Below are positions 19,971 to 28,915 of a stretch of 64,000 bases of DNA, piece after piece. The stretch comes from Spirochaetia bacterium. GTDB lineage: Bacteria > Spirochaetota > Spirochaetia > UBA9216. The stretch's first letter is position 1, and the number at the start of each line of letters is the position of its first letter. The translations under genes were made by a program, and so were the position numbers. A model generated the notes under the pieces. It searched no databases, was not told the DNA's origin, and saw nothing but the letters and a program-made list of their open reading frames with translations. The DNA is taken from contig CAXXYH010000003.1 of NCBI GenBank assembly GCA_963677925.2, positions 832,001 to 896,000 of the forward strand, given 5' to 3'.

Positions 19971-20969
19971 TTATGGTCTTGGTATTTTTGCGAGAATCAT
20001 ACTGATGATATCATCAGAACTCATACCCTCAGCTTCAGCCTCATAGCTTGGAATAAGCCGGTGTCGAAGCACGTCATAGGCTGATTCAGTTACATCCTCA
20101 GGAATAACATATAACCGGCGTTTAAGCAGTGCAGACGCCTTTGCAGCCAGAGTAAGGAAGATGGTGGCCCTTGGAGACGCCCCGTATTTAATCAGATGCC
20201 CGGCATCAATACCATAAGCTGAAGGCTCACGTCCGGCCTGAACAAGATCAACAATATACTCCTCAACGGAGGGTTCTATGTGAATCCTGTCGAGAAAGTT
20301 TCTGAGGGCAAGAATGTCCTCTGCAGAGGCTACGGTTTCAGCCTGGGCTGGAGGCGCTGTTCTGGACATTGCCCGGAGTATTTTCAGCTCTTCAGCCTTA
20401 TCAGGATAGCTTATCTTAACCTTAAACATGAAACGGTCCACCTGGGCCTCAGGCAGAGGGTAGGTACCTTCCTGCTCTATGGGGTTCTGGGTAGCCATGA
20501 CCATAAAGGGTGTATCAAGCTTGTATGTTTCATCACCGATAGTCACCTGACGCTCCTGCATTGCCTCAAGGAGTGCCGACTGCACCTTGGCAGGAGCACG
20601 GTTTATTTCATCGGCAAGGATAATATTACTGAATATGGGCCCCTTCCTGGGGGAAAACTCACCGGTCTTCGGGTTATAGATAAGTGTTCCAAGAATATCT
20701 GAGGGCAGCAGATCAGGTGTAAACTGGATTCTTTTAAACCCCAGGCCGAGAGTTGAAGAAAGTGTGTTCACACTCAGCGTCTTTGCCAGCCCCGGCACGC
20801 CCTCTATGAGCACATGCTGATTGCATATGAGTCCTGTCAGCAGCTTTTTTACCAGATAATCCTGCCCCACAAGGACCTTTCTAATCTCCTGCTCTATTGC
20901 TGTTATTTTTTCAAGCTCAACAGGTAATTCCTGAATCATTTCGATGGAAGAATTCTGCAGTTCACTCAT
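19971..20969 (-). CDS. moxR: MoxR family AAA+ ATPase
   Basis: EGVPGLAKT, RIQFTPDLLPSD, DEINRAPAKVQSALLEAMQE, TQNPIEQEGTYPLPEAQ. Confidence 0.96.
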   Translation of the reverse strand: MSELQNSSIEMIQELPVELEKITAIEQEIRKVLVGQDYLVKKLLTGLICNQHVLIEGVPGLAKTLSVNTLSSTLGLGFKRIQFTPDLLPSDILGTLIYNPKTGEFSPRKGPIFSNIILADEINRAPAKVQSALLEAMQERQVTIGDETYKLDTPFMVMATQNPIEQEGTYPLPEAQVDRFMFKVKISYPDKAEELKILRAMSRTAPPAQAETVASAEDILALRNFLDRIHIEPSVEEYIVDLVQAGREPSAYGIDAGHLIKYGASPRATIFLTLAAKASALLKRRLYVIPEDVTESAYDVLRHRLIPSYEAEAEGMSSDDIISMILAKIPRP

Positions 20970-21074
20970 ATTGATTCACTCCTGATGAATTAATATAAAA
21001 ATTCTTACCATAATGGTCAACAGCAGGCTTAAGATGATGTATACTTAGAAGTGTATGCAGGAGGAAAAACAGCA

Positions 21075-21713
21075 ATGAAGAGAATACTTTTACTATTGCT
21101 CATATCGGTTTTAATAATCTTTACATTCAGCTGCCAGGATATCAACATGCTTCTTTTCGGAGACAGTGTTGATACAGTATCCACTTCAGCAGATGGACTC
21201 TATGATTCATCTTATTATTCCTATTACTATTATTTCACAAACAATACATCCTACGATATAGAGATAACACCTGATGACTATCAGGACTGGTATTCTTTTA
21301 CACTTGATGCTTACGGCACCTACGCCCTCTACAGTTACAGCTCATATATTGATTACTCATATAATAATGCGGCTTATGTGACTGAAAGCAATGATACTGA
21401 TGGATCTATAATTTTTTCATATAAGGATGACACCTCCTCAGCTTCCATAGCAGACTATGCTTACGGCCACTGGGATTCAACCTATTCACAATATTATTAC
21501 TACTTTGCCAACTATTCGGATCATGATGTATATATAGAACCTGATCCTGATTATGGACAGAGCTGGAGCGGATTCACTTTATATTCTGGTTATTACCAGG
21601 AGGTGTATCTTTCTTCCTCCGATTATTATATCTATTACCTGTATGATAATACGACCAACGTATATACCTATACCGATAATGACGGGAATGTTTATATTTA
21701 TAATAACTACTAA
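21075..21713 (+). CDS. Tyrosine-rich lipoprotein with two internal repeats
   Basis: AGGAGG RBS, then MKRILLLLLISVLIIFTFSC lipobox. About 43 Tyr in 212 aa. Duplicated YYYYFxNxxxxDxxIxPD..DY..W..FTL unit. Confidence 0.75.
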   Translation: MKRILLLLLISVLIIFTFSCQDINMLLFGDSVDTVSTSADGLYDSSYYSYYYYFTNNTSYDIEITPDDYQDWYSFTLDAYGTYALYSYSSYIDYSYNNAAYVTESNDTDGSIIFSYKDDTSSASIADYAYGHWDSTYSQYYYYFANYSDHDVYIEPDPDYGQSWSGFTLYSGYYQEVYLSSSDYYIYYLYDNTTNVYTYTDNDGNVYIYNNY

Positions 21714-21731
21714 GATAGTTTAATTAAAACC

Positions 21732-21760
21732 AAAAAGGCGGGAATCAACCCGCCTTTTTT
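21732..21760. terminator. Bidirectional intrinsic terminator
   Basis: AAAAAGGCGGG-AATCAA-CCCGCCTTTTTT between convergent genes. Confidence 0.88.
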
Positions 21761-22442
21761 ATTCAACCCTGCCCTTTTCCTTCCAGCTGCTTGCCAGGTA
21801 GATAAAAGGGGTATCCGCCACGGCGACAAGCCATTTAAACAGATAGGTCGTGATCAGTATTTCTATCAGAACCGGAATTTCGAATTCACCCCAGAAGGCT
21901 ATCAGCGTAAAAGCAAGGCTGTCTATCAGCTGACTAACCATGGTTGACACATTATTCCGCAGCCATATGTATTTGCGTCCCGGTTTCCGGTCCTTCATTT
22001 TATTGTAGGCCCAGACATCGTGCAGCTGGGAGAGCGCGTATGCAGTAAGACTTGCCAGGGCAAGACGCGGCATAAGGCCGAAGATTGTGGACAGGCTTTC
22101 CTGTGCAAAATCGCTCGGGTCGGGAACAAAGTGAATGGCAAGGTTCATCAGAACTGTCATTGAAATAAGGGAGAAAAAGCCGATTCCTACAGCCTTTCCG
22201 GCATCCTTTCTGCCGTAGTTCTCATTCAGGATATCTGTAACAAGGAAGGAAGTTGCGTATACGATATTGCCCAGGGTTGCAGTAAGCCCGAAGAGTTCAA
22301 CCGTTTTGATAACCTGAATGTTTGCGACGATTACAGAAATTGGAATCCAGATAAAAAGACCAAGCTTTCCAAAAAGCCGGTATGCCAGCATGATTGCTGC
22401 GAAGTTTATAATGAGCATTATAAACCAGAGAAGAGTATTCAA
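21759..22442 (-). CDS. Queuosine precursor transporter (YhhQ/VUT family)
   Basis: ANIQVIK, FLVTDILNENYG, ASLTAYALSQLHDV, WLRNNVSTMVSQLIDS, DTPFIY; upstream preQ1 riboswitch. Confidence 0.93.
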   Translation of the reverse strand: MNTLLWFIMLIINFAAIMLAYRLFGKLGLFIWIPISVIVANIQVIKTVELFGLTATLGNIVYATSFLVTDILNENYGRKDAGKAVGIGFFSLISMTVLMNLAIHFVPDPSDFAQESLSTIFGLMPRLALASLTAYALSQLHDVWAYNKMKDRKPGRKYIWLRNNVSTMVSQLIDSLAFTLIAFWGEFEIPVLIEILITTYLFKWLVAVADTPFIYLASSWKEKGRVE

Positions 22443-22448
22443 TTGAGG

Positions 22449-22486
22449 CCTCCGTTGTTTTTTTAAGGCGGGGAACTGCGACCGCC
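22449..22486 (-). ncRNA. preQ1 class I riboswitch (translational type)
   Basis: Minus strand GGCGG-UCGCAGUUCC-CCGCC-UUAAAAAAACAACGGAGG: 5-bp P1, UCGCAG loop, A-rich tail running into the SD, 6 nt before the TTG start of a Q-precursor transporter. Confidence 0.9.
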
Positions 22487-22518
22487 GTACGGCAGATAAT
22501 ATACCGAATCAGGTATAT

Positions 22519-23892
22519 TTAATCAACCGTAAATGCGCCGGCGGCCTTTGAGCTGTAGTCATTATCCAATTCAAGCTCTTCAAACAGCTTATCGAGAGCC
22601 TTTGTATTTGCCTGCTCCCAGTCAAGTCCGGCACCCTTCACTTCAGCGGTTTCATAGGTAAATATATTGTTGCCGCGTCTATTAATGGAGATATTTGCCT
22701 TTACATAGATGATTGTGAAACCATAATTGTTCGGCGGTGCATTTCTATAATTCAGAGTGAAATTAACGACAAATTCCGGACTGCCCGAAGATATAATTTC
22801 AAGCGGAAGAGTATCTGAAACTGCAGCCTTTACAGTACCGTAGACCGAGCTGGTATTTTCCATATCCTCGATATCTCCGGTATAGCTGATATTAAGCAGA
22901 GACTTTATTTTCTGTACATCAACAAGGAAATCACGCTTCGGTGGATTAAGCTGGAAGCGTCCGCCTGCAAGACCCAAAGCGTCAGTATTTAGTACCGCTG
23001 TAAGGTAGTTTTTACCTACACCGAGGCCGGAAATATCCACAGCATCGCCGTATTTCCCGTTTGAAGGAGTTGTGCAGCTCATCATCAGTTTTGCATCATT
23101 TCTTGAAACAAGGTCAATCTGCAGCTGTCCCGGGGGATTGGGTTTCTGACTGCTGACTTCAAAATCAAGACTGACCGGACGGCCCGACTGAGCCGAGACA
23201 TTCTCATTATTAAAGCTGATTGTTAGAGAACCTATGTACATTGCAATCTGCTTTTCAAGCAGGTCAAGCAGAACACCCTGCTCTCCGCCAAGCTCAGATT
23301 CAATCATGCCTGCATAGGCTGATTCAGCAACTATATCCCACCCGTCGGCAAGTAAAGGCAGAATTTCTGCTATGGTCCTGGAATTATTTAACATTACAGG
23401 TTCAACCAGATTTTTAACACGTCTTTCGATATCAGCCATTTCCTTCTGCTGAATACGGAGCCACTCAGATTTATTCAGTCTCATGTAGTACCAGTAGCCT
23501 GAATCCGGAGAGTACCAGGAATCAACAGTTTCAACAGCTTTAAGATTCTGTTCAACGAGCTGTGTTATTTCTTCAACAGCCTGGCTTTCGGCGTTTCCAC
23601 GGCTGTCTTCCATCTGCCGGTAATTAACCTCGCTCATAATAACAGCTGATATTTCTGCGGCAAGGTTCGACTGTGCCCGCTTTAGGGCTATTTCACTGTC
23701 CTCTGCCTCATTACCGGTATTCGAAGAGCCGATTCCGGTATAAAAGGCGGGGTTAGCCGGATAATTCGTGACCCAGTCAGGTTTCTTCGGCGTTGAGGCG
23801 CAGGAAAATAACAGGACAGTAAGCAGAACTGAGGTTACCGATATTATGGAAAGTTTCTTTAAGTATTCTCTATTGATTTTGCAGATGGACAT
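22519..23892 (-). CDS. LPP20-domain lipoprotein with long C-terminal extension
   Basis: LFSC lipobox; KPDWV...YTGIGSS...ALKRAQSNLAAEI LPP20 pattern. Confidence 0.75.
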   Translation of the reverse strand: MSICKINREYLKKLSIISVTSVLLTVLLFSCASTPKKPDWVTNYPANPAFYTGIGSSNTGNEAEDSEIALKRAQSNLAAEISAVIMSEVNYRQMEDSRGNAESQAVEEITQLVEQNLKAVETVDSWYSPDSGYWYYMRLNKSEWLRIQQKEMADIERRVKNLVEPVMLNNSRTIAEILPLLADGWDIVAESAYAGMIESELGGEQGVLLDLLEKQIAMYIGSLTISFNNENVSAQSGRPVSLDFEVSSQKPNPPGQLQIDLVSRNDAKLMMSCTTPSNGKYGDAVDISGLGVGKNYLTAVLNTDALGLAGGRFQLNPPKRDFLVDVQKIKSLLNISYTGDIEDMENTSSVYGTVKAAVSDTLPLEIISSGSPEFVVNFTLNYRNAPPNNYGFTIIYVKANISINRRGNNIFTYETAEVKGAGLDWEQANTKALDKLFEELELDNDYSSKAAGAFTVD

Positions 23893-23909
23893 TTTTTCCC
23901 CCGAAATTT

Positions 23910-23946
23910 AAAAAAATAAAGCTGATCATACCATGATCAGCTTTAT
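23910..23946 (-). terminator. Hairpin terminator or attenuator between the two LPP20 genes
   Basis: Perfect 14-bp stem ATAAAGCTGATCAT/ATGATCAGCTTTAT followed by a T run on the minus strand. Confidence 0.7.
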
Positions 23947-23997
23947 GTGTCTGCATGTTATTTACATGCATTATTATTCATAGATTCAGAATAAGTC

Positions 23998-24543
23998 TTA
24001 TTTAACCGGTTCTGATACAGTAGGATTGTTCTGGAGCTGGTAGTCGAGTTTTTCAAGAGCCTGTGCAGCCTTAAACTCTGCGAAAGCAGCATCTTCATTT
24101 CTCTGGAAAGCTTCAGAAGCAGCAGCTACCATCTCGGCCTTGTCGAGCTGCATAAGAACCCAGATTCCGCCGTCATCATCCTGCTCAAATCTTACAGGTT
24201 TTGCGCCGCTTAATTTCTTGTCGGTGATTTCCCTTGTGATTGACTCTACGAAGCTGATAAGCTGTGTGTTGTCATCAACACCTGCTTCCTGAGCATAGTC
24301 TGTTACAGAAGCCTGAATTGTTGTTTCAATCTGTCTGGCTATGTCAGCTCTTGCGTTTGTTTCAGCAACTGTCTTTGAAAGTGAAAGCTTTGACTGATTT
24401 CCGTAGCCTACTCCGTAGATTACATCATCAGCCATCGGCGGGTTAAGTACAAAATCGGGGACACCTGCTACCTTGTTTGAGGCACAGGAAAAAACGAGAA
24501 GTGCTGCAAGAACAGCAAGTACAATAATTCTAATTTTTTTCAT
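23998..24543 (-). CDS. LPP20 family lipoprotein
   Basis: VFSC lipobox; VPDFV..PP...IYGVG...AETNARADIARQI. Confidence 0.8.
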   Translation of the reverse strand: MKKIRIIVLAVLAALLVFSCASNKVAGVPDFVLNPPMADDVIYGVGYGNQSKLSLSKTVAETNARADIARQIETTIQASVTDYAQEAGVDDNTQLISFVESITREITDKKLSGAKPVRFEQDDDGGIWVLMQLDKAEMVAAASEAFQRNEDAAFAEFKAAQALEKLDYQLQNNPTVSEPVK

Positions 24544-24667
24544 TATTTTCTCCTACATATTTATTCGAATGCTTTAAATTTAACTCTTGTATCGGATCTT
24601 TTCAAGTTTTAGCGAAACAAAAAAAACATTTTGACAAAAAAAAGGCTATTTATTATTATGTCCTGAT

Positions 24668-24910
24668 ATGCCTAAAGCAACTGTTTTTATTTATGTAATT
24701 GATTTACTTGATGCCCCGAAGGCCGACAAACTCCGGAAGGCACTGCTCGTCAATCCGAGGATCTTCGATGTGTCGATCAAACTTAATGCCGGAGTAATTG
24801 AAGTAACCTCCGAAAAAGATCCTGAAACTGAAGTGAAGATGGCCTGTTCAATAGCAGGATGCTCTTTCAGAATGCGGACCAGTAAAAGAAAAGCCACCTA
24901 CTGGGCCTGA
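24668..24910 (+). CDS. Small ferredoxin-fold / HMA-like protein lacking the canonical CxxC
   Basis: 80 aa beta-alpha-beta-beta-alpha-beta pattern; promoter TTGACA-N17-TATTAT directly upstream. Confidence 0.5.
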   Translation: MPKATVFIYVIDLLDAPKADKLRKALLVNPRIFDVSIKLNAGVIEVTSEKDPETEVKMACSIAGCSFRMRTSKRKATYWA

Positions 24911-24929
24911 GCAATCCGTAATATTAAGT

Positions 24930-25415
24930 TCAGTATCTTAGAATTTCATATTCAGCAGCAATAGCATAATAACTCAGCACTTTTTCAAGAGCATCCTTGC
25001 GTACAACAAGTAGAAGTTCCCCTGTGAACGTCTTTAATAGAAACTTTAATGCCGGAGTAAATCCATATCCATTCAGCTCAAGCGGTCCGATTTCATCTAT
25101 CAGAATGATTGAGGATGAAACAGCAGCCGTCAGAACATCACAGGCATTTTTATATGCAGTCTCAGAGAAATAGAATCTGCTGAAACCATAAGTCTTCAAA
25201 TCATCCGATTCTTTTTCCGCAGATACAGCAAGAGTCCTCGTATTAGTTCTGATATTTCTCAGGAAATATCGATCTTTTTTACCTTCAACATATTCAGCAT
25301 CACTAAGAAACCCTGCTGTGCTTTCTCCGGACAGCTGCTTCCCGATCATATAGGCTTCGGCAAAAGTGCTTTTACCGCTGTTTATTTTTCCTGTAATTAA
25401 CTTTACTTCCGCCAT
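24930..25415 (-). CDS. THEP1/NTPase_1-like P-loop NTPase
   Basis: ITGKINSGKST Walker A, AGFLS, LIDEIGPLELNGYGF, LLVVR. Confidence 0.8.
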   Translation of the reverse strand: MAEVKLITGKINSGKSTFAEAYMIGKQLSGESTAGFLSDAEYVEGKKDRYFLRNIRTNTRTLAVSAEKESDDLKTYGFSRFYFSETAYKNACDVLTAAVSSSIILIDEIGPLELNGYGFTPALKFLLKTFTGELLLVVRKDALEKVLSYYAIAAEYEILRY

Positions 25416-25437
25416 TTGAAAATAATATAATTAAAAC

Positions 25438-25956
25438 ATGGAAAAAAACAATCCGCCGGTAGTATCTATTACCGGCTGGTCGGATTCAGGAAAAACTACC
25501 TTCAGTGAACAGCTTATCAGGGAACTCATTTCACGCGGCCTTGAGGTTTCTGCGTTAAAAAGTACTCACCATGATATAGTCGCTGACCGCCCCGGCAGTG
25601 ATACAGACCGCTTTTATTCTGCCGGAGCCAAAGCCGTCTGCCTGTCTGCACCGGGAGGCAGGACAGTATTCTACAACAGCCCCCTGAGCAGTGAATCTGA
25701 ACTGGGTGAGATGTTCCCCGATACTGATATCATCATATCGGAAGGCTACAAAAGCAGGGATGCGTTTAGAATTGAGGTGGCTGGAGTTATCGGTGATGAG
25801 GGCGAACTGAAAAACCCGCTTTCCGAGGCTGATATTGTACTTTCTGATAACCCCAGGCTGGGTCAGTACTGTTCCTCCTGCGGAGCCGTATTTTTGAAAC
25901 TGTCCGACGTAAAAACGGCAGCAGATTTAATTATGAAAGAATTTGAGCTGAAATAG
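25438..25956 (+). CDS. mobB: Molybdopterin-guanine dinucleotide biosynthesis protein B
   Basis: GWSDSGKTT, KSTHHD, DRPGSDT, DIIISEGYK. Confidence 0.88.
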   Translation: MEKNNPPVVSITGWSDSGKTTFSEQLIRELISRGLEVSALKSTHHDIVADRPGSDTDRFYSAGAKAVCLSAPGGRTVFYNSPLSSESELGEMFPDTDIIISEGYKSRDAFRIEVAGVIGDEGELKNPLSEADIVLSDNPRLGQYCSSCGAVFLKLSDVKTAADLIMKEFELK

Positions 25957-25997
25957 AAGATTCAGAACTGAAGGACATTGATTTTATTTACACAGTT

Positions 25998-26028
25998 CGT
26001 TAACCTACATAGACAATCATGGTTAACG
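25998..26028. promoter_or_regulatory. BirA operator
   Basis: Perfect inverted repeat CGTTAACC-N15-GGTTAACG at the start of birA-bioY, matching the known BirA box architecture. The right half overlaps the ATG. Confidence 0.85.
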
Positions 26029-26801
26029 TAACCGACAGCAGATACAGCTTAATAAAAACCCTTAAAAACTCATCCTTCCCTGTTTCCGGAGAAGACCTGG
26101 CTAAGAAATTAAATATTTCAAGGGTCGGTGTTTGGAAAATTGTACAAAAACTCAAGGATGACGGATATGCTATTGAATCTTCCAGAAACGGATACAGGCT
26201 GAAGCAGAACACAGATTTGCCGCTGCCATGGGAGATGGAAAACGGGCTTGGAGATATTATATTTCTGAAGCAGACTGATTCTACAATGAATGAGGCGGAG
26301 AAATACAGTCTGCATCATAACAACGGCAGCTCCGCGACAGTTATTGCCGCAACCCAGAATCGAGGTAAGGGAATTGAAAACTCTGAATGGAAGTCTCCTG
26401 AGGGAGGGCTTTATTTTACAAGGATATTCAGGCACCAGCTTCACAGCAGCCGGATTGCGGCTTTCACGGAAGCGTCAGCTCTTTCTATCTGTGAAGCAGT
26501 AGGCAGAATCTGCGGAACAGAGTGCTGTATGAAATGGCCAAACAGTATAATGATTGGTGATAAAAAAGTAGGCGGGATTCTTACCAGTTTCAGGGGTGAA
26601 CTTTTTCACACATCAGAACTTCATACAGGTACAGGATTATACATCAGCACACCTGATTCAGAACTTCCTGAAGGAATTTCAAGCATTAAATCGGTTACCG
26701 GAAAAACAATCTCAACAAAAGAACTCATGTCTGAAATTCTTTTAAGCCTTGAGCAGACAGAAAAAACATTTATTTATACAACAGATAAACAGGAGAACTA
26801 A
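26019..26801 (+). CDS. birA: BirA-like biotin repressor/ligase (degenerate ligase motifs, no C-terminal SH3-like domain)
   Basis: N-terminal wHTH SGEDLAKKLNISRVGVWK; TDSTM, QNRGKG..WKSPEGGLY, KWPN, KKVGGIL. Confidence 0.8.
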   Translation: MVNVTDSRYSLIKTLKNSSFPVSGEDLAKKLNISRVGVWKIVQKLKDDGYAIESSRNGYRLKQNTDLPLPWEMENGLGDIIFLKQTDSTMNEAEKYSLHHNNGSSATVIAATQNRGKGIENSEWKSPEGGLYFTRIFRHQLHSSRIAAFTEASALSICEAVGRICGTECCMKWPNSIMIGDKKVGGILTSFRGELFHTSELHTGTGLYISTPDSELPEGISSIKSVTGKTISTKELMSEILLSLEQTEKTFIYTTDKQEN

Positions 26802-26807
26802 TCAAAA

Positions 26808-27368
26808 ATGACTGAGAGACATCAAATTAAAACCAATATGCTTATAGCCCTCTTTGCAGCCCTGATAGCCGCAGGAGCCTTTATCAGAGTGCCGGTCGGA
26901 CCGGTACCAATCACTTTGACAACATTTTTCCTTCTTGTTTCAGGACTGCTTTTACCGGTTTCAGGAGCAGTACTATCTGCAGCTGTATACCTTATTATCG
27001 GAGTGGCAGGACTTCCCGTATTTGCCGGAGGAAGCGGCCCGGCGGTTTTTGCAGGACCGACAGGCGGGTACCTTGTATCGTACATACCGGCAGTTCTTGT
27101 CTGCGCTGCCGTCTCCAAACCATCAAAAACCAGCGAAACAAGCCGCAGCCTGTGGAGGGACATCATCTCAGTTGTTCTGGCCAGCCTGATAATTTATGCA
27201 GTCGGTGTACCATGGCTGAAGTGGCGCCTTGATTTCACATGGGTCAAGGCCCTGTCCGCCGGCATGCTCCCCTTCCTATTCGGAGATGCGCTTAAAGCCG
27301 CAGCTGCTGTAAGTCTTGCAGCCGCCCTGAATAAAACAGCCCCTGAACTGCTTCCGCGCAGAGTATGA
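26808..27368 (+). CDS. bioY: Biotin ECF substrate component
   Basis: PVPITLTT, GLPVFAGG, GPTGGYL, PFLFGDALK. Confidence 0.95.
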   Translation: MTERHQIKTNMLIALFAALIAAGAFIRVPVGPVPITLTTFFLLVSGLLLPVSGAVLSAAVYLIIGVAGLPVFAGGSGPAVFAGPTGGYLVSYIPAVLVCAAVSKPSKTSETSRSLWRDIISVVLASLIIYAVGVPWLKWRLDFTWVKALSAGMLPFLFGDALKAAAAVSLAAALNKTAPELLPRRV

Positions 27369-28123
27369 ATACACCTGCTGTTGAAGTAAAATCCGTCAGA
27401 CACCGTTTTCCCGGCGGCAGGGAGGCTTTGAGGGGCATTGATCTCAGAATAGATCGCGGCAGCCTTACAATTATTGCCGGCCCGAACGGCAGCGGCAAGA
27501 CAGTGCTGATGAAGCACCTTAACGGTCTGTTAAAACCGACAGAAGGGGAAATTCTGATAAACGGTATAAGTACTGCGGATGACCCTCAGCATGCAAGAAC
27601 CAAGGTAGGCCTTGTATTCCAGAATTCGGAAACGCAGATTATTGGACAGACCGTTTCTGAAGATATAGCCTTCGGACCGGAGAATCTGGGAAAAACGGCC
27701 GCAGAAGTTGACATGCTGGTGAAAGAAATTGCAAAGAAGCTGTCGATTACAGAGCTCCTTGATGAAAGCCCGCACCGATTATCCGGGGGCAGCCTTAAGA
27801 AAGTTGCGGCAGCAGGCGTTATTGTCATGGGTGCCGAGATCATTGTTTTTGATGAACCCTTTGCCGGCCTTGATTACAGGGGTGTACGGCTGCTGCTTGG
27901 TGAAATTCTGAAGCTGAAGGATGCCGGACATACAATCATTCTTATTTCGCATGATCTGGAGAAGTTACTTGCTCATACTGACAGCCTCATCATTATATCA
28001 GAAGGGAGAAAGGCCGCAGAAGGATCACCTGCTGATATAATTGACAGACTGGAGGAGTTTGATATACGAAGGCCTGCAGGCGAAATCAGCGGAATGACCT
28101 GGCTTAAGGAAGCGGATATTTGA
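27365..28123 (+). CDS. ECF transporter ATPase (BioM-like)
   Basis: GPNGSGKT, VGLVFQN, DIAFGPENLG, LSGG, DEPFAGLD, SHD. Confidence 0.92.
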   Translation: MNTPAVEVKSVRHRFPGGREALRGIDLRIDRGSLTIIAGPNGSGKTVLMKHLNGLLKPTEGEILINGISTADDPQHARTKVGLVFQNSETQIIGQTVSEDIAFGPENLGKTAAEVDMLVKEIAKKLSITELLDESPHRLSGGSLKKVAAAGVIVMGAEIIVFDEPFAGLDYRGVRLLLGEILKLKDAGHTIILISHDLEKLLAHTDSLIIISEGRKAAEGSPADIIDRLEEFDIRRPAGEISGMTWLKEADI

Positions 28124-28857
28124 AAGAGATACAGCTTTTCGAATACACAAACAGAACATCTGCAGTGTCAAAATTTCATCCTTCAGGAAAACTCATTGCC
28201 CTTTTAGTTTACAGCATTATGTGCGGAATCGTAAACTGGTATATCATCCCTGCCGCAGCCCTGATTCTTGTTCCGGTAATGATCGCTGCAGGCAGAGAGA
28301 CCTTAAGGCAGATACCTGCACTGTGGAAGATTCTGCTCTTCTTCGCCGCTTTTGCGCTTATACGCTTTTTCAACGGAGAAAATCCTGATGAAGCTGCAGC
28401 TTTTTTTTTAAGGCTCAGCTTAATGGCGGCTGCTGCAGTTGTTTTCTATACAACAACAGGGACTGCTGAACTTGCAGCAGGAATTCATTCACTGCTTAAT
28501 CCGATACCGTTTATAAACGGCGGAAGGGCTGCAGGTATAATTTCGGCAGCTGCAGGATTCCTGCCGATGATTTTCCGAATTTCAGCCGAACTCAGTGAAG
28601 CTGGAAAAGCACGAGGATTTACACCCAGGGCAGGATTTATAAGATACATCAAACTGACCTCACTTCCTTTGATTATCAGTCTTCTTCAAAAATCCGAAGA
28701 AATGTCCGATGCCTACTACAGCCGGTGCTACACCGAGAATCGCATTTACCGCACCAAGGTTAACACTCCGGGAACACATATCTATCCAGCAGGATTCATA
28801 CTTCTATGTGTAATAATTTCCAGCTCATCTTTTTTAATTGACTTCATGAAGCATTAA
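28120..28857 (+). CDS. ECF transporter transmembrane T component (BioN-like)
   Basis: Multi-TM protein with the two conserved Arg motifs ARG and SRC. Confidence 0.88.
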   Translation: MKEIQLFEYTNRTSAVSKFHPSGKLIALLVYSIMCGIVNWYIIPAAALILVPVMIAAGRETLRQIPALWKILLFFAAFALIRFFNGENPDEAAAFFLRLSLMAAAAVVFYTTTGTAELAAGIHSLLNPIPFINGGRAAGIISAAAGFLPMIFRISAELSEAGKARGFTPRAGFIRYIKLTSLPLIISLLQKSEEMSDAYYSRCYTENRIYRTKVNTPGTHIYPAGFILLCVIISSSSFLIDFMKH

Positions 28858-28910
28858 TATTACCATACGTATACGTATATGTTTTTTGCATACAACATAT
28901 ACGTTGAGGT
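28838..28910 (+). promoter_or_regulatory. Promoter and palindromic operator of the MerR gene
   Basis: TTGACT-N17-TACCAT (28838-28866). Perfect palindrome ATACGTATACGTAT (28865-28878). 11-bp inverted repeat ACGTATATGTT/AACATATACGT (28873-28904). GAGGT RBS. Confidence 0.65.
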
Positions 28911-28915
28911 ACACT

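Noticed and set aside
12671-20969. MoxR-DUF58-BatABCDE operon as a novel system
   Set aside because: Well-known conserved operon in its usual gene order.
28886-28915. ORF-track start for merR and a possible MerR-style long-spacer promoter TTGCAT-N18-TACACT
   Set aside because: That promoter would start transcription past the likely TTG. The upstream TTGACT-N17-TACCAT plus GAGGT RBS fits better.
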